DNA of 51,596 nt from a virus (lineage: Duplodnaviria; Caudoviricetes), in IMG/VR virus record IMGVR_UViG_3300035144_000007, positions 1-51,596 of that record; one strand, given 5' to 3'. The position numbers and the translations under genes were made by a program. The notes under the pieces were generated by a model, which saw only the letters and a list, made by a program, of their open reading frames with translations, did no database searches and was not told where the DNA came from. Of this stretch, positions 31,150 through 40,485 are shown in pieces (position 1 is the first letter of the stretch; every line of letters begins with the position of its first letter).

Positions 31150-31398
31150 TCATTCTGCTACGCAATGCCGGCACAGAATGATATCGTGCCGCGATAATGC
31201 AATGCCACATCTCTGGCAGCGGCGAAGCCGCTCTCTACGACCAAATGATTCCTGGCGGTGGCGTTCACGCGGATAGTGTCTGCCTGCGAGCCTAAATCCA
31301 TCGGAAACTGGAATGTGCTCGCCGCGCCTATCGCCGTGGTAGTAGCACAGCCGTACATAGTTTCCGGCGCGAGATTTATATATCCTGCACATCATCAC
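31150..31398 (-). CDS. Zn-finger hypothetical protein
   Basis: CQRC...CRHC; followed by a terminator. Confidence 0.55.
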   Translation of the reverse strand: MMMCRIYKSRAGNYVRLCYYHGDRRGEHIPVSDGFRLAGRHYPRERHRQESFGRRERLRRCQRCGIALSRHDIILCRHCVAE

Positions 31399-31475
31399 TC
31401 TCTGCTGGTATCTGGCCGGAGAGACCTAGCCACCATTGTAGCGCGAGAATGAGAAGCGTAACGACTAGGTACAGG

Positions 31476-31802
31476 TCAATCGGGATTGTCCGCTCCATCA
31501 TCCGCACTATCCTCACGCACAAACAGCAGCGGCTCGCCCCTGTCTCTTGCCGCTATTTCGTGGATACTAAAAAACTCGCTCCCGCTATCTGCTACTCTGA
31601 GCATTTCCCTGACGTATGGTCTGGCGTCCACTAATTCAGCGACTGGGCACATAATGCGTTTTTCCTCACCGCTCTCATTCTCAATAATCAAGCAGAGATA
31701 GTGACCAGCCATTATGCGCGTCTCTGTTTCAATGACCTCAGCGGCCTTGATGAATGTGCCCGTTCTCAATTCCTGATAGCCATACAGTGGCTCTACTGAC
31801 AT
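31476..31802 (-). CDS. Hypothetical protein
   Basis: AGGAGG SD. Confidence 0.75.
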   Translation of the reverse strand: MSVEPLYGYQELRTGTFIKAAEVIETETRIMAGHYLCLIIENESGEEKRIMCPVAELVDARPYVREMLRVADSGSEFFSIHEIAARDRGEPLLFVREDSADDGADNPD

Positions 31803-31951
31803 TATTTTTTACCTCCTATCAACTGGCAAAAGTGCCAGTGGAACCATAGCCAGGCATACTCAATAACTCGCAGACGCCCTCCGCATTGCCCAAGGCCGAG
31901 CCGCTCGTCGAACCTATGCCACGCTTCATCTATTCGCTGCAAGATTGTCAT
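31802..31951 (-). CDS. 49-aa Trp-rich protein (MTILQRIDEAWHRF...)
   Basis: Translated manually; TAATG coupling to the next gene. Confidence 0.5.
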   Translation of the reverse strand: MTILQRIDEAWHRFDERLGLGQCGGRLRVIEYAWLWFHWHFCQLIGGKK

Positions 31952-32061
31952 AGTACCCTACCCCACAGGCGGGCGGGGGGCGAAAAACCCACCCCCGTCA
32001 CCCACCCAACCCAACCCGACCCACCCGAACTACTGCCGCTCAAGCAATTTTGCCCGCATTA

Positions 32062-33024
32062 TTATAGATTAAATGAGGGGTGCGATACATGTGCCAGGGC
32101 TTCCTCAACACTACATATCAGATTCGTCTTGCCCGCGACTTTGCTCATAATATTAGCTCGCTCTAATCCCTGTGTGAATTCCACCCACATCTTAGAAGTC
32201 ATTTTTGCCCCAGTTGCTTCCAGAACGGTGCCTCCGCTCTCTGCCCACACTGCGCGGGTATATCCAATTTTTTGCCCACGTCTAATGAATTCTACCAGGG
32301 CAGCGGTTTGTATCTCGCCCGGTGTTCGCGCTTGCCGTCGAGCAACACTGGGTGATTTGTCTCGGTCTGAATTTCTCCGATGATTTATGATGGGTGGATC
32401 ATATACCCACGCTCTTGCCGATTGGAGACCGAAACTCTTTATAATTTCCCCTAGAGCCTCCCATACGTGCATCTCCTGGAATGGGGACCGCTGCCATAGC
32501 TCCTGCCCGAACGCCAATAATACAAATGCCGCTAACACCAACGCCATCGGCAATTGAGCAATGCCGAGAAGCCGCCCGTTCCCTTCAATAACCCACCGCA
32601 ACCAGAACGGCGGCACAAATTCGATGTACACCAGGACTTTGTGAAAACAGAGCGCGATACCACCGACCATCAGGGACATTATTACACCTGATGCTGCCTC
32701 CATCCACATTAGTGAGTTGCATACCTGATCGTCAAATTGCTCAACTATTGGTTTGCGGTCCTCAGTTACCAGATTCCCGCATCGCCATAAGAACCACATA
32801 AACGTGGCCGTCATACAAATACCAGTGAATAGCCAGAAAACAGCAAGACCAGCGGAGAGAACGGCGATGAACGGGGCGACGAGGAGGGCATAGGCAAATG
32901 TGACAGCGATAGCAATAGCCTGGAGTATAGGTAGGCCAAACTCTGTGCGCCAGTTAAACTCCCGTGTTTCCCTGAGTTCTACTGGCGTTCGTGAACCCCA
33001 CTCTCCTCCCCTAGCTCCCCACAT
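32062..33024 (-). CDS. Membrane protein with C-terminal winged-helix-like region
   Basis: Four TM segments; overlaps the upstream gene; GGAGG SD. Confidence 0.75.
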   Translation of the reverse strand: MWGARGGEWGSRTPVELRETREFNWRTEFGLPILQAIAIAVTFAYALLVAPFIAVLSAGLAVFWLFTGICMTATFMWFLWRCGNLVTEDRKPIVEQFDDQVCNSLMWMEAASGVIMSLMVGGIALCFHKVLVYIEFVPPFWLRWVIEGNGRLLGIAQLPMALVLAAFVLLAFGQELWQRSPFQEMHVWEALGEIIKSFGLQSARAWVYDPPIINHRRNSDRDKSPSVARRQARTPGEIQTAALVEFIRRGQKIGYTRAVWAESGGTVLEATGAKMTSKMWVEFTQGLERANIMSKVAGKTNLICSVEEALAHVSHPSFNL

Positions 33025-33637
33025 TTTCCCTCCTCGCCGGCAATGCCTCCAAAACTCTAACCGCCTCTTGCGGTGGCTCTAATCCATTATCTCTGAGCGT
33101 TGCCGCCACCACTGGCAATGCCTGAATAGCTAAGAATCCCAGGCGCGTCCATTTGTCCCGCTCTGTACTCCTGGCAATAGCGTAAGCCTCAGCGTGTACG
33201 AGTGACGGCTGCTGCGGTATTCCAACTGGCGTTTGCATTCCTGTGTATCGATCATAGAATGCACCGCCTGCCATCACAAGTCCATCATCAATTTTCTTTG
33301 TTGGTGGTAGCTCTGAGGCTCGACGAAGCAATGTTCGACCGCACCAGAAGCCACCGCCGACCAACGCAAGACTGGCCCCGACTGCACCGCACCAAGTCAC
33401 AACGCGCCAAGCCGCTGCCCGTGTCGCCTCCGTTCGTGGCGCCTGTCTTTTTTTCTCTGCCAGTTGCGCCTCGTACTCTGTCTGTTGCCACAATCGCCGC
33501 TCGATTATCGCCTCTGCCGCCTCCCACCGCTTGATTTCTGCATTGGCACTCATAATCGGTAGCAGCGTCTGAGACAGAAAAACCAGGCCAATGACGACAA
33601 CGGCCAGTATTGTGAATGTGGTCTGCGGTCCTTTCAT
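33011..33637 (-). CDS. Membrane protein (2-3 TM)
   Basis: Hydrophobic segments and coiled coil. Confidence 0.75.
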   Translation of the reverse strand: MKGPQTTFTILAVVVIGLVFLSQTLLPIMSANAEIKRWEAAEAIIERRLWQQTEYEAQLAEKKRQAPRTEATRAAAWRVVTWCGAVGASLALVGGGFWCGRTLLRRASELPPTKKIDDGLVMAGGAFYDRYTGMQTPVGIPQQPSLVHAEAYAIARSTERDKWTRLGFLAIQALPVVAATLRDNGLEPPQEAVRVLEALPARRENVGS

Positions 33638-33768
33638 TACAACAACTCCAATTGCTCTGGTTCCTCTCGTCTCTCTACCGGCATCGGTAGCGGCTTCTGT
33701 GCTCGCACCTTCGCCAGCCGCCTCTCCGTCATCTCCAGATAGTCACCGAGCAACAGTTGAATAGTCAT
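33637..33768 (-). pseudogene. 43-aa internally deleted DNA methyltransferase remnant
   Basis: MTIQLLLGDYLEMTERRL...EQLELL joins a typical MTase N-terminus directly to a typical C-terminus. Confidence 0.6.
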
Positions 33769-34526
33769 GCCGCCTCAAAGTAGTCAATCTGTAGCAGTGG
33801 GTCTACCACCGTCCCCGCCCGCCATCCCATCACACAAAGCGACCGCTTCCAATACGGCGGGGTCCAGGCCACTAACGTCGGATTCTGTAACCACGGCACT
33901 CCTGTCGATTCGCTGGCGGCAGAGGGGGTATTTCTAATGAGCGCATCGTCGTCAATGAAAATGTCGTGCCCTGTCCAGTCGGCGGATTCGATCTCCCAAC
34001 GATCAACTTGCCCGAATCCGATGGAGCGATTTTTGCCCATAAATTTTATGCCGCCTAGAAGCCTCTCGATCCACTCTGCGTTACCGATGATGCGCGCTTG
34101 CCATCGGTCACAAACTGCGTTAGGTACTGGTATGCGCCGGTCTTTCCACCGCCCCTGCGACGGCCTGTTCTGTCGCCCGCTAGACCACCACCCGTCCAGC
34201 GTCCGCTTGTGACGGTATGTTACATCCTCGACAATCTCCGCATCTGGTAGAAAAACGGAGGAGTACCAAAGCGGCCGACCGTCCTCGGAGAACCAGGCTG
34301 CCTTCAGCGGCACCGGCAACCAGTATCCTTCGTTCGAGTTCGGCAATCCTCTGTTGTGGCCAAATGCCATGTCCACGACGGCACGGGACAGAACACTATC
34401 CAAGTGAATCGGATCGTAATTGACTACCCGCGCGTTTTTCACCATCACTGCGGTAACGGTAAGCGGCTCAAATGCCAATGCTCCAAATGCGGCGGTATAC
34501 TGTTCCAGTTCCGGTAACCTTATCAC
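33765..34526 (-). CDS. csf3: Type IV CRISPR Cas5-like RAMP (Csf3)
   Basis: PL.VTA, IHLDSVL, PVPL, G..K..R.P, G...I..LL..I..MGK.RSIGFGQV..W.IE G-loop; GGAGG SD and GTG start. Confidence 0.85.
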   Translation of the reverse strand: MIRLPELEQYTAAFGALAFEPLTVTAVMVKNARVVNYDPIHLDSVLSRAVVDMAFGHNRGLPNSNEGYWLPVPLKAAWFSEDGRPLWYSSVFLPDAEIVEDVTYRHKRTLDGWWSSGRQNRPSQGRWKDRRIPVPNAVCDRWQARIIGNAEWIERLLGGIKFMGKNRSIGFGQVDRWEIESADWTGHDIFIDDDALIRNTPSAASESTGVPWLQNPTLVAWTPPYWKRSLCVMGWRAGTVVDPLLQIDYFEAA

Positions 34527-34527
34527 G

Positions 34528-35151
34528 TTAACCTCCGTATGCCTCAAGAAATGATTGTGATTTTCTTCTGCCGTATCTATGATTAAGTAGGCTATCTGTA
34601 TCTCTATGCTGAACCTGCGATGGTACAAAAACGAGGATTTTTTTCTTGAGCATAGATATACAAGAGCCAATCATTAGATCGTAGGCGTCATGGTGCTCTG
34701 GATGTTCCGAGTACCATGAGGGAGCATAATCTAAAAATGACTTGACGATGTGTGGTTTTATCGCCAGGCAGCATATTCCATAAAATTGCTTTGGGGCAAC
34801 TGTTCTAAAGTAGAAATTTTCTTTTACCACATCTTTCTTACTATTGCTGTAAAATGTAACCGCTGCCACTTTTTCAGAATTCGCATCATCTGATTGCAGT
34901 GCATTGGATACACACTGACCGAACTCCGGCGATAGCATAATGTCATCTTCGAGATATAAAATCCATTGCACGGCGTGGTTGATAACCATACCGAAAATGC
35001 GATCTCTATTTTGCCTTGCGGTTTCGTTTTCGCGCTGCAATCCGAGTATAACTGGGGCCGGGAATTGCTGTTGTAATTGCATTAGTAACTCGCATAGTAT
35101 TTTCCCGCGTTTTTCAGGTACGGTTGGTATTACAATGAGATAGTCGTTCAT
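34528..35151 (-). CDS. GT-A glycosyltransferase-like protein
   Basis: IVIPT, WILYLEDD, D..IG, PSQVQH...S motifs. Confidence 0.75.
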   Translation of the reverse strand: MNDYLIVIPTVPEKRGKILCELLMQLQQQFPAPVILGLQRENETARQNRDRIFGMVINHAVQWILYLEDDIMLSPEFGQCVSNALQSDDANSEKVAAVTFYSNSKKDVVKENFYFRTVAPKQFYGICCLAIKPHIVKSFLDYAPSWYSEHPEHHDAYDLMIGSCISMLKKKILVFVPSQVQHRDTDSLLNHRYGRRKSQSFLEAYGG

Positions 35152-35903
35152 GTGAATCTCCTTACTTCTGGGAAGCGATATGCAAACTCATTGAATAACT
35201 CTGGCCATCCGCGTCTCAGGATTGCCCATCGTCCCCATCGGTGCTTTGTCTCTCCGGCCCAGTACGAGAGACGGCAATCCTCAAGCGGCAGTCCCATCTC
35301 AAACTGTTTATCGTAGGCAGCACAATAGTCAATACTATTGCTCAGAATATACGCCCACACATCCTCAAATGTCAAATGACCAATAGGCCAAAAGACATGT
35401 ACTCCATGTTGTTTCGAGAAATGAATAGGGCCGCGCACTCTCAAGTTCAAATGACGACCGCCGCTTTCCTCTGAGCGCAAGCCAACAAATGAGCCATCAA
35501 AACTATATCGCTCTAGGAGTGCCTTTATTGGTCTATAGACCGTACTTCTCATTGTCTCCATTTCGCAAGCAGGAGAAGTTGGCCCTCCCATCCTCTCCAT
35601 TGTGTCAAGAATAGGCTCTGTTTCAAAGATGATTATATTTTTGTGCTCGCCATATCGCTCCAGTAAATCTTTGCTCTCAGGAAAAACTGCTGCTGCATCA
35701 AAATAAACTGCCGGTATCTTTGGCGATTGTCTCCATATCAAATCAGCCATTACTACACTGTCTTTGCCGGTTGAAAAAGCAATATATGGACTTTGAGACA
35801 CTCCTAATGCTTCGGCAATGGTTTGTTGTGCTCTCTCAATCCGTCTTTGATATGCCGCAGACATAGAATGTGACAAATAGGCCACTTTGTCAATTTGCTT
35901 CAT
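35148..35903 (-). CDS. cysH: PAPS-reductase-family (CysH-like) protein of type IV-B loci
   Basis: AFSTGKDS PP-loop, GLRSEES..R, PI......DVWAYI.....Y..YD. Confidence 0.9.
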   Translation of the reverse strand: MKQIDKVAYLSHSMSAAYQRRIERAQQTIAEALGVSQSPYIAFSTGKDSVVMADLIWRQSPKIPAVYFDAAAVFPESKDLLERYGEHKNIIIFETEPILDTMERMGGPTSPACEMETMRSTVYRPIKALLERYSFDGSFVGLRSEESGGRHLNLRVRGPIHFSKQHGVHVFWPIGHLTFEDVWAYILSNSIDYCAAYDKQFEMGLPLEDCRLSYWAGETKHRWGRWAILRRGWPELFNEFAYRFPEVRRFT

Positions 35904-36178
35904 TACAAAAGAATCCTTCTATATCTATAATCATCTATATTTTGAATCACTAATCCACCATTTTGACGGTATGGATACAATCGCCCCTTCTCGTCCTCCC
36001 ACAACAACAATGAGAAATGCTCCAATGTTGGTAGTAGGCGGTGAACTACTGTCCTACTGAAGCCTGTTATTCTAGCAATGTCTGCCTGTCTAAGCCCAGG
36101 ATTATCCTCTACGATTGAATACATGTATCGTGCTTTTTGCCTGGTCATAGGCCAGTAGTTCCCCCACCTGCTACCCAT
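35903..36178 (-). CDS. Winged HTH regulator
   Basis: NPGLRQADIARITGFSRTVVHRLLPTLE. Confidence 0.8.
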   Translation of the reverse strand: MGSRWGNYWPMTRQKARYMYSIVEDNPGLRQADIARITGFSRTVVHRLLPTLEHFSLLLWEDEKGRLYPYRQNGGLVIQNIDDYRYRRILL

Positions 36179-36182
36179 TGCT

Positions 36183-37619
36183 TTACGTCACCACAACTGA
36201 ACTGGACCCCAAAGTCCCGCTGATTATCCACTCTCGCAGTTGCTCGGCATTCTCGGTCACATAGTCGATGTATTGTTGCTCCTCGCCGTTATCGTCCAGT
36301 CGTGTGATCCATTCTGCCGTGACGTGGCCGTGACCACGTGCGGATTGACCGGCAACGACGGAGATACCATTAAGATAGGTGCTTAGAGCAACCATCAACG
36401 CACCCTTGGTCATCACCGTCGCCGTTGGCCTTAGGGAAAAACGGGTAAAAATCTGCGTGCCCTGGGCCAGCGTCTCGTAGTTGTAAATCATCTGCCCCGC
36501 TTCCTTTTTCTCCCCCTGACTGATTGCCTGGCGCGTTCTCGTAGCATCATCCAGCATGTCAAACGCGCTCATTCTGGCTCGCGCCGTATCCTGTAACGAT
36601 TCTGGTAGATTCTCTGCATTCTCCTTGCATACCAACCACGCTGATACTGAGAGGCTAGATTCGCCAATGTCGAATTTGTCAGTGCAGCCTCCGACCAGAT
36701 CGAGGTGCGGGAATGCTTCACGGATTTCTCCAGCTAATTTCCACGCATTTGAGGGAGCCTTCGCACCAGATTCGATATTCCCACCGTTATCAAAGATGCC
36801 CTCCGCCCCCTGGCTGATTTCTCCCTTGTTCCGTTGCGCTGGCGCAATGCTCAGGGCATTTGCAAGGAAAATCCACCCTGGAGCACGTACCATCTGATGG
36901 CGGATCGTATTTGCCGAGATTGCGGGGACCTCAATGATCATCACGTCATCAGCGACCGCGAGACCATCGGCTCTGTACTCTGCCACCGTTTCAACCTGCG
37001 GATTGAATACGCCATCAAATGATAGTACATAATCCTCTGACTGATTTTTCATTTGTCCATGCCAAATGTAGGCGATGCTTACCAATGATGTGACATTATC
37101 GGCAATCGTTTGCAGAATTGAATACTGGATTGAGCGGGGGAACAGCCAAAACATGGCTATGGCTTCATTGTCTTTCATAAAATGCAATGGGACATTCATG
37201 TTCGTTGTTAGCGACGACCAAAACGAATGCAATGTCGAATGTGATATAGCTGCATTTTTGGCGCGATCTCTTAGCATACCGTATCGACCAACACCGGAGA
37301 ATAGCCCAGCCCCGTCTTTGCTATTGTATACATCTATGAATTGCCGGAGAACCGCCGTGGCGATAAATTCAGGCAGTGTCAGTTGTTTCGCCAACTCTCC
37401 AACCATCTCTGTCATTGGATTGGCGGCAAGAAGCGCATCAAGGAGCTTGGGACTGATAGGCTGGTCGTCAACCTCTCGCCTGACCATTTGTTTCTGACGA
37501 TTGAACGTCAGGCGGTTGGAGCCGTCGCCCGTGGCGGGGTCGTGGTGGCTGATAGGCTCCGTTGCCGTCAGCAAAAGATCGGCGGATTCAACTTGCGGAT
37601 AAACTATTACTTTTGTCAT
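36183..37619 (-). CDS. csf2: Type IV CRISPR Cas7-like backbone (Csf2) with ~180-aa internal insertion
   Basis: A.EPISH, VPAISANTIRH, F.NGG, R..FP.L.L.GG, TR, QMIY..E.L..G, G.SARGHG motifs. Confidence 0.9.
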   Translation of the reverse strand: MTKVIVYPQVESADLLLTATEPISHHDPATGDGSNRLTFNRQKQMVRREVDDQPISPKLLDALLAANPMTEMVGELAKQLTLPEFIATAVLRQFIDVYNSKDGAGLFSGVGRYGMLRDRAKNAAISHSTLHSFWSSLTTNMNVPLHFMKDNEAIAMFWLFPRSIQYSILQTIADNVTSLVSIAYIWHGQMKNQSEDYVLSFDGVFNPQVETVAEYRADGLAVADDVMIIEVPAISANTIRHQMVRAPGWIFLANALSIAPAQRNKGEISQGAEGIFDNGGNIESGAKAPSNAWKLAGEIREAFPHLDLVGGCTDKFDIGESSLSVSAWLVCKENAENLPESLQDTARARMSAFDMLDDATRTRQAISQGEKKEAGQMIYNYETLAQGTQIFTRFSLRPTATVMTKGALMVALSTYLNGISVVAGQSARGHGHVTAEWITRLDDNGEEQQYIDYVTENAEQLREWIISGTLGSSSVVVT

Positions 37620-38344
37620 TTTTCCCCCTCATATTTTTGTGCGATTATCATCGCGATTTTGAACTCGTTTGTGTTTCTGACTCGCTGTAGATATTTCTCG
37701 TAATCTGTTGTCGCTTGCGCCCCAATCACCTCTATAGTTTTGTGGTCGCTATAGAGACAACTGGCAATAATCGGCTTTACAAATCCATAGGTATATACCT
37801 CCTCGAAAACGTCAAGAATCTTTAGCAATTTCGGCCACCAGTTGACTTGTAACACGTCAAAAATGCCTTGTTTCATATCGTGAACCAGAATCTCTGTGCT
37901 CTCACCTAGAACACCAACACGACCACGCGGCCAGATTCGCTTCTTGAAGTCGGTCGTGAGAATCATCACCAGCCGCTGACCTTCCCGCTCCGGCCATATC
38001 TCGCGCACCAGATCAGACCAGCAAGCCCGCTCTTGTTTCTGCGCCTCTTTCCTGGCTACAAGAGGATGATAGTTAGTACCATCCTCAAAAATGAGGCGGC
38101 TACCCATATTCCAGGAGCCTTTGAACGCCCTCGCCGCTGATTCTGATAGCCATTCGCTAGAATAGCCTTCGAGTAAGTCGAGATATTCCCCCGTCGATTT
38201 GCTGATAATATCCTGGACGGGATAGCCTTCTTCTATCGCTGCACCAGTGATAGCACAGGTTGCTCCGCCATCAATCTGTTGTGGTGGATTGTCCAACTCT
38301 GGCAATCCGATACCGTAAGTGAGGAAATCCGCTATGTTATTCAT
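37616..38344 (-). CDS. csf1: Type IV CRISPR Cas8-like large subunit (Csf1)
   Basis: N-terminal degenerate Zn-finger (CAITG...LSESAA), T..KK.IW motif, C-terminal R....F.IA..IAQK; first gene of the csf operon. Confidence 0.65.
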   Translation of the reverse strand: MNNIADFLTYGIGLPELDNPPQQIDGGATCAITGAAIEEGYPVQDIISKSTGEYLDLLEGYSSEWLSESAARAFKGSWNMGSRLIFEDGTNYHPLVARKEAQKQERACWSDLVREIWPEREGQRLVMILTTDFKKRIWPRGRVGVLGESTEILVHDMKQGIFDVLQVNWWPKLLKILDVFEEVYTYGFVKPIIASCLYSDHKTIEVIGAQATTDYEKYLQRVRNTNEFKIAMIIAQKYEGEK

Positions 38345-38390
38345 TGAACAACTCCAATTGTCTCGGCTTGCTCTGTTCGTGTTGCCCTAT

Positions 38391-38951
38391 CTAGTATTGA
38401 CTAATATCAATGCCATCGACTTCATTGCCCCAGGTATCCCATCCCTCTCTTTTCCTGCGTGCAAACAATTCGAGGTAAGGGCCTGGAAGTGCCTCGGCAT
38501 ACTCATAAAGATGTTCTGGTTTTCTGCTATGGTAGAGGTTGGGAGAAAGTATCCCCACAAATCCATTTTGTGGCGGACTGACTTTCCCACGTCTGCCAAT
38601 CAAGACCATCTCGGTGCAGCCACGCGCCCAAAACCCAACGCCGTACGGAACTTTGATTTCCATTTTTCCCCACAGGGTGGGGGCAATGCTTGTGATTTTT
38701 ACCCAAGGGAAACCAGTCACGTAATCAAAGCCCCATTCTTTCATTAGTGGCAGGCATGCCTCATTTAATTTTGGCCAAGTAGCCCACAATAATAGGATGC
38801 TATTTTCTGCCGCAAGTTTTGGAATTGGCAGTATAGACAGTTCTTCTAGTGACATTGTTGAATATTCTCTTGCCGCTGCTCCCTCGATATGTGATTGTTC
38901 ATAATCCCATGGGGGATCTGCTATAATTACGCCGTATTTTTTAGGCATCAT
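38391..38951 (-). CDS. MT-A70 family adenine methyltransferase
   Basis: IIADPPW, Y.TM, LWAT, WGF.Y, HSRKP, LELFAR, GW..WGNE. Confidence 0.95.
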   Translation of the reverse strand: MMPKKYGVIIADPPWDYEQSHIEGAAAREYSTMSLEELSILPIPKLAAENSILLLWATWPKLNEACLPLMKEWGFDYVTGFPWVKITSIAPTLWGKMEIKVPYGVGFWARGCTEMVLIGRRGKVSPPQNGFVGILSPNLYHSRKPEHLYEYAEALPGPYLELFARRKREGWDTWGNEVDGIDISQY

Positions 38952-39018
38952 ATCTATTCTCTTCCAGTGTCGGGAGTATCTCCAGGCAGTCACCGAGTAA
39001 CAGTTTAACCTCTGGCAT
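38941..39018 (-). pseudogene. 25-aa N-terminal fragment of a beta-class N4/N6 DNA methyltransferase
   Basis: MPEVKLLLGDCLEILPTLEENRYDA stops just before the expected DPPY. Confidence 0.65.
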
Positions 39019-39352
39019 CGCTCCTCATCGCCGCCTCAATAAGCTCGTCAATATCAAAGTAAACGTGTTTACCTAGCTCCCTCGCCCGTTGCACTTCCGC
39101 ATCAGCCCCTGGACTATCCCCAGGTAGCCGGAGAAGAACATCACACACCGCCAGCCATTCCAGGTCGTGCGCGAGCCAGAAGTTATAGTCACGCGGGAAG
39201 GCTGTGTCTTGCACAACATTCCAATGAGGCACGTAGACTGCGAAGCCCAAGCCTAGCAGTTCGTCAGCTATCATAGCGGCCTGATGGACATTTTCTGTTA
39301 CTCTGCCACTGGACGTGAGCGGCCCGGCAATGTAAACCTTTATTTTAGCCAT
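39005..39352 (-). CDS. DUF4406 / nucleoside 2-deoxyribosyltransferase-like protein
   Basis: VYIAGP, L..CD..L.LPG.S.GA..E. Confidence 0.85.
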   Translation of the reverse strand: MAKIKVYIAGPLTSSGRVTENVHQAAMIADELLGLGFAVYVPHWNVVQDTAFPRDYNFWLAHDLEWLAVCDVLLRLPGDSPGADAEVQRARELGKHVYFDIDELIEAAMRSDARG

Positions 39353-39634
39353 CGACTCTCTCCACGACAATAATGAGAATAAGTACCACAATAATAACAA
39401 CCAAGAACCATTCCATGGCCTATATTCTCCCTACTATGTCATCTAAAATGCTGCATCCGCAATCAGCCAACTTGCCACCGCGCCATTGGGGTCTATATTC
39501 TCCGCTACCCCCGCAGATTTTGCAATCTGGATTAGGCAATTTTGCCAGTAGCTCCCAGGCACAATTAGCACAGACTGGCGACTCTTTCCCGCTTGGCATA
39601 ATCAACGTATGCTCTCCTCCACAATCTCGGCAGA

Positions 39635-40066
39635 TCATAGCTCCTCCCAAAAGTCTGCCTCTCCTGCCTGCTTCTCTATCACTGGAATGATGTAATCATC
39701 GCCTTTCTCACATGCCCGTCTTAGACATTCCTCTATAGGAGTATTCACAATCCTAAAGCGAATTTCCCATCCATTCTCCTCAGCTATCTTTTGCCAACGC
39801 TTCCTGTATTCTCGTTTGTGGTGACAGGCGTCAACTATTACAATATTATAGCCGTAGAGGAAGTGCGCCGTAACCATTATTTCCTCTATAGCATTGACTT
39901 CCTCCTCGCGCTCGGCAATATACCGCTCGTCGTAGAGAGCACGGCGGATTGTGTCACGATTGACAACAACTGCCTGACTATATGCCAACTCTCGCCACAT
40001 TGCCCACGCCTGTGTCGTCTTCCCCGAATTGGAAAGCCCGACCATCGCAATGAGTGTTTTTGTCAT
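39635..40066 (-). CDS. P-loop kinase (AAA_33 / PNK kinase-like)
   Basis: GLSNSGKTT, NRD.IR, VIVDA, EECLRR. Confidence 0.85.
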   Translation of the reverse strand: MTKTLIAMVGLSNSGKTTQAWAMWRELAYSQAVVVNRDTIRRALYDERYIAEREEEVNAIEEIMVTAHFLYGYNIVIVDACHHKREYRKRWQKIAEENGWEIRFRIVNTPIEECLRRACEKGDDYIIPVIEKQAGEADFWEEL

Positions 40067-40485
40067 CTCTCCTTTTCCCTCCATTCTAGCAATGCCTCTC
40101 TGCATTTATAGCACCCACACCGCCTCACAAACCAGTTAAGCACACTACCAGCCGTGTAGGCTACAATGACCGGCCTGCCTGCTGTATTTTCTGGAGGCCA
40201 TTCGTCCAGGCTCCTAAAATATGCAATCTGTCCTGGCCGCCAAGGGGCATCAAAGTCCCGTTTCACTTCTACCTGCACAATGTGCATCCAGCAGAGTGAC
40301 AGTGCAAAGAAGTCTAGCGCGTCTTCTATATGGTCGTTTGGTCGCACCATAATAGCGTCGGCCTCCTCGACCTGGTGGCCGGGCAATGACGCTGTGATGA
40401 TGACGCGACAACCAGCGGCCCGGAGGTCTGCAACTATCTCGGCCTGATTTGAGTCAGGCTTTGCGTGTTGCGGTCGTGGTGTCAT
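40063..40485 (-). CDS. VRR-NUC-like PD-(D/E)xK nuclease
   Basis: D.NQ.EIV..LR..G..V, VEVK, Q..F. Confidence 0.75.
   Translation of the reverse strand: MTPRPQHAKPDSNQAEIVADLRAAGCRVIITASLPGHQVEEADAIMVRPNDHIEDALDFFALSLCWMHIVQVEVKRDFDAPWRPGQIAYFRSLDEWPPENTAGRPVIVAYTAGSVLNWFVRRCGCYKCREALLEWREKER

Noticed and set aside
31886-32383. 165-aa plus-strand ORF containing PTQPDPP
   Set aside because: Mostly antisense to real minus-strand genes; TTG start without SD
35148-35903. cysH as a sulfur-assimilation auxiliary metabolic gene
   Set aside because: It lacks the C-terminal ECGLH motif and lies inside the csf operon, the known type IV-B context
33600-39100. CRISPR array near the csf genes
   Set aside because: No regularly spaced repeats with unique spacers; the repeats present are methyltransferase-derived coding scars
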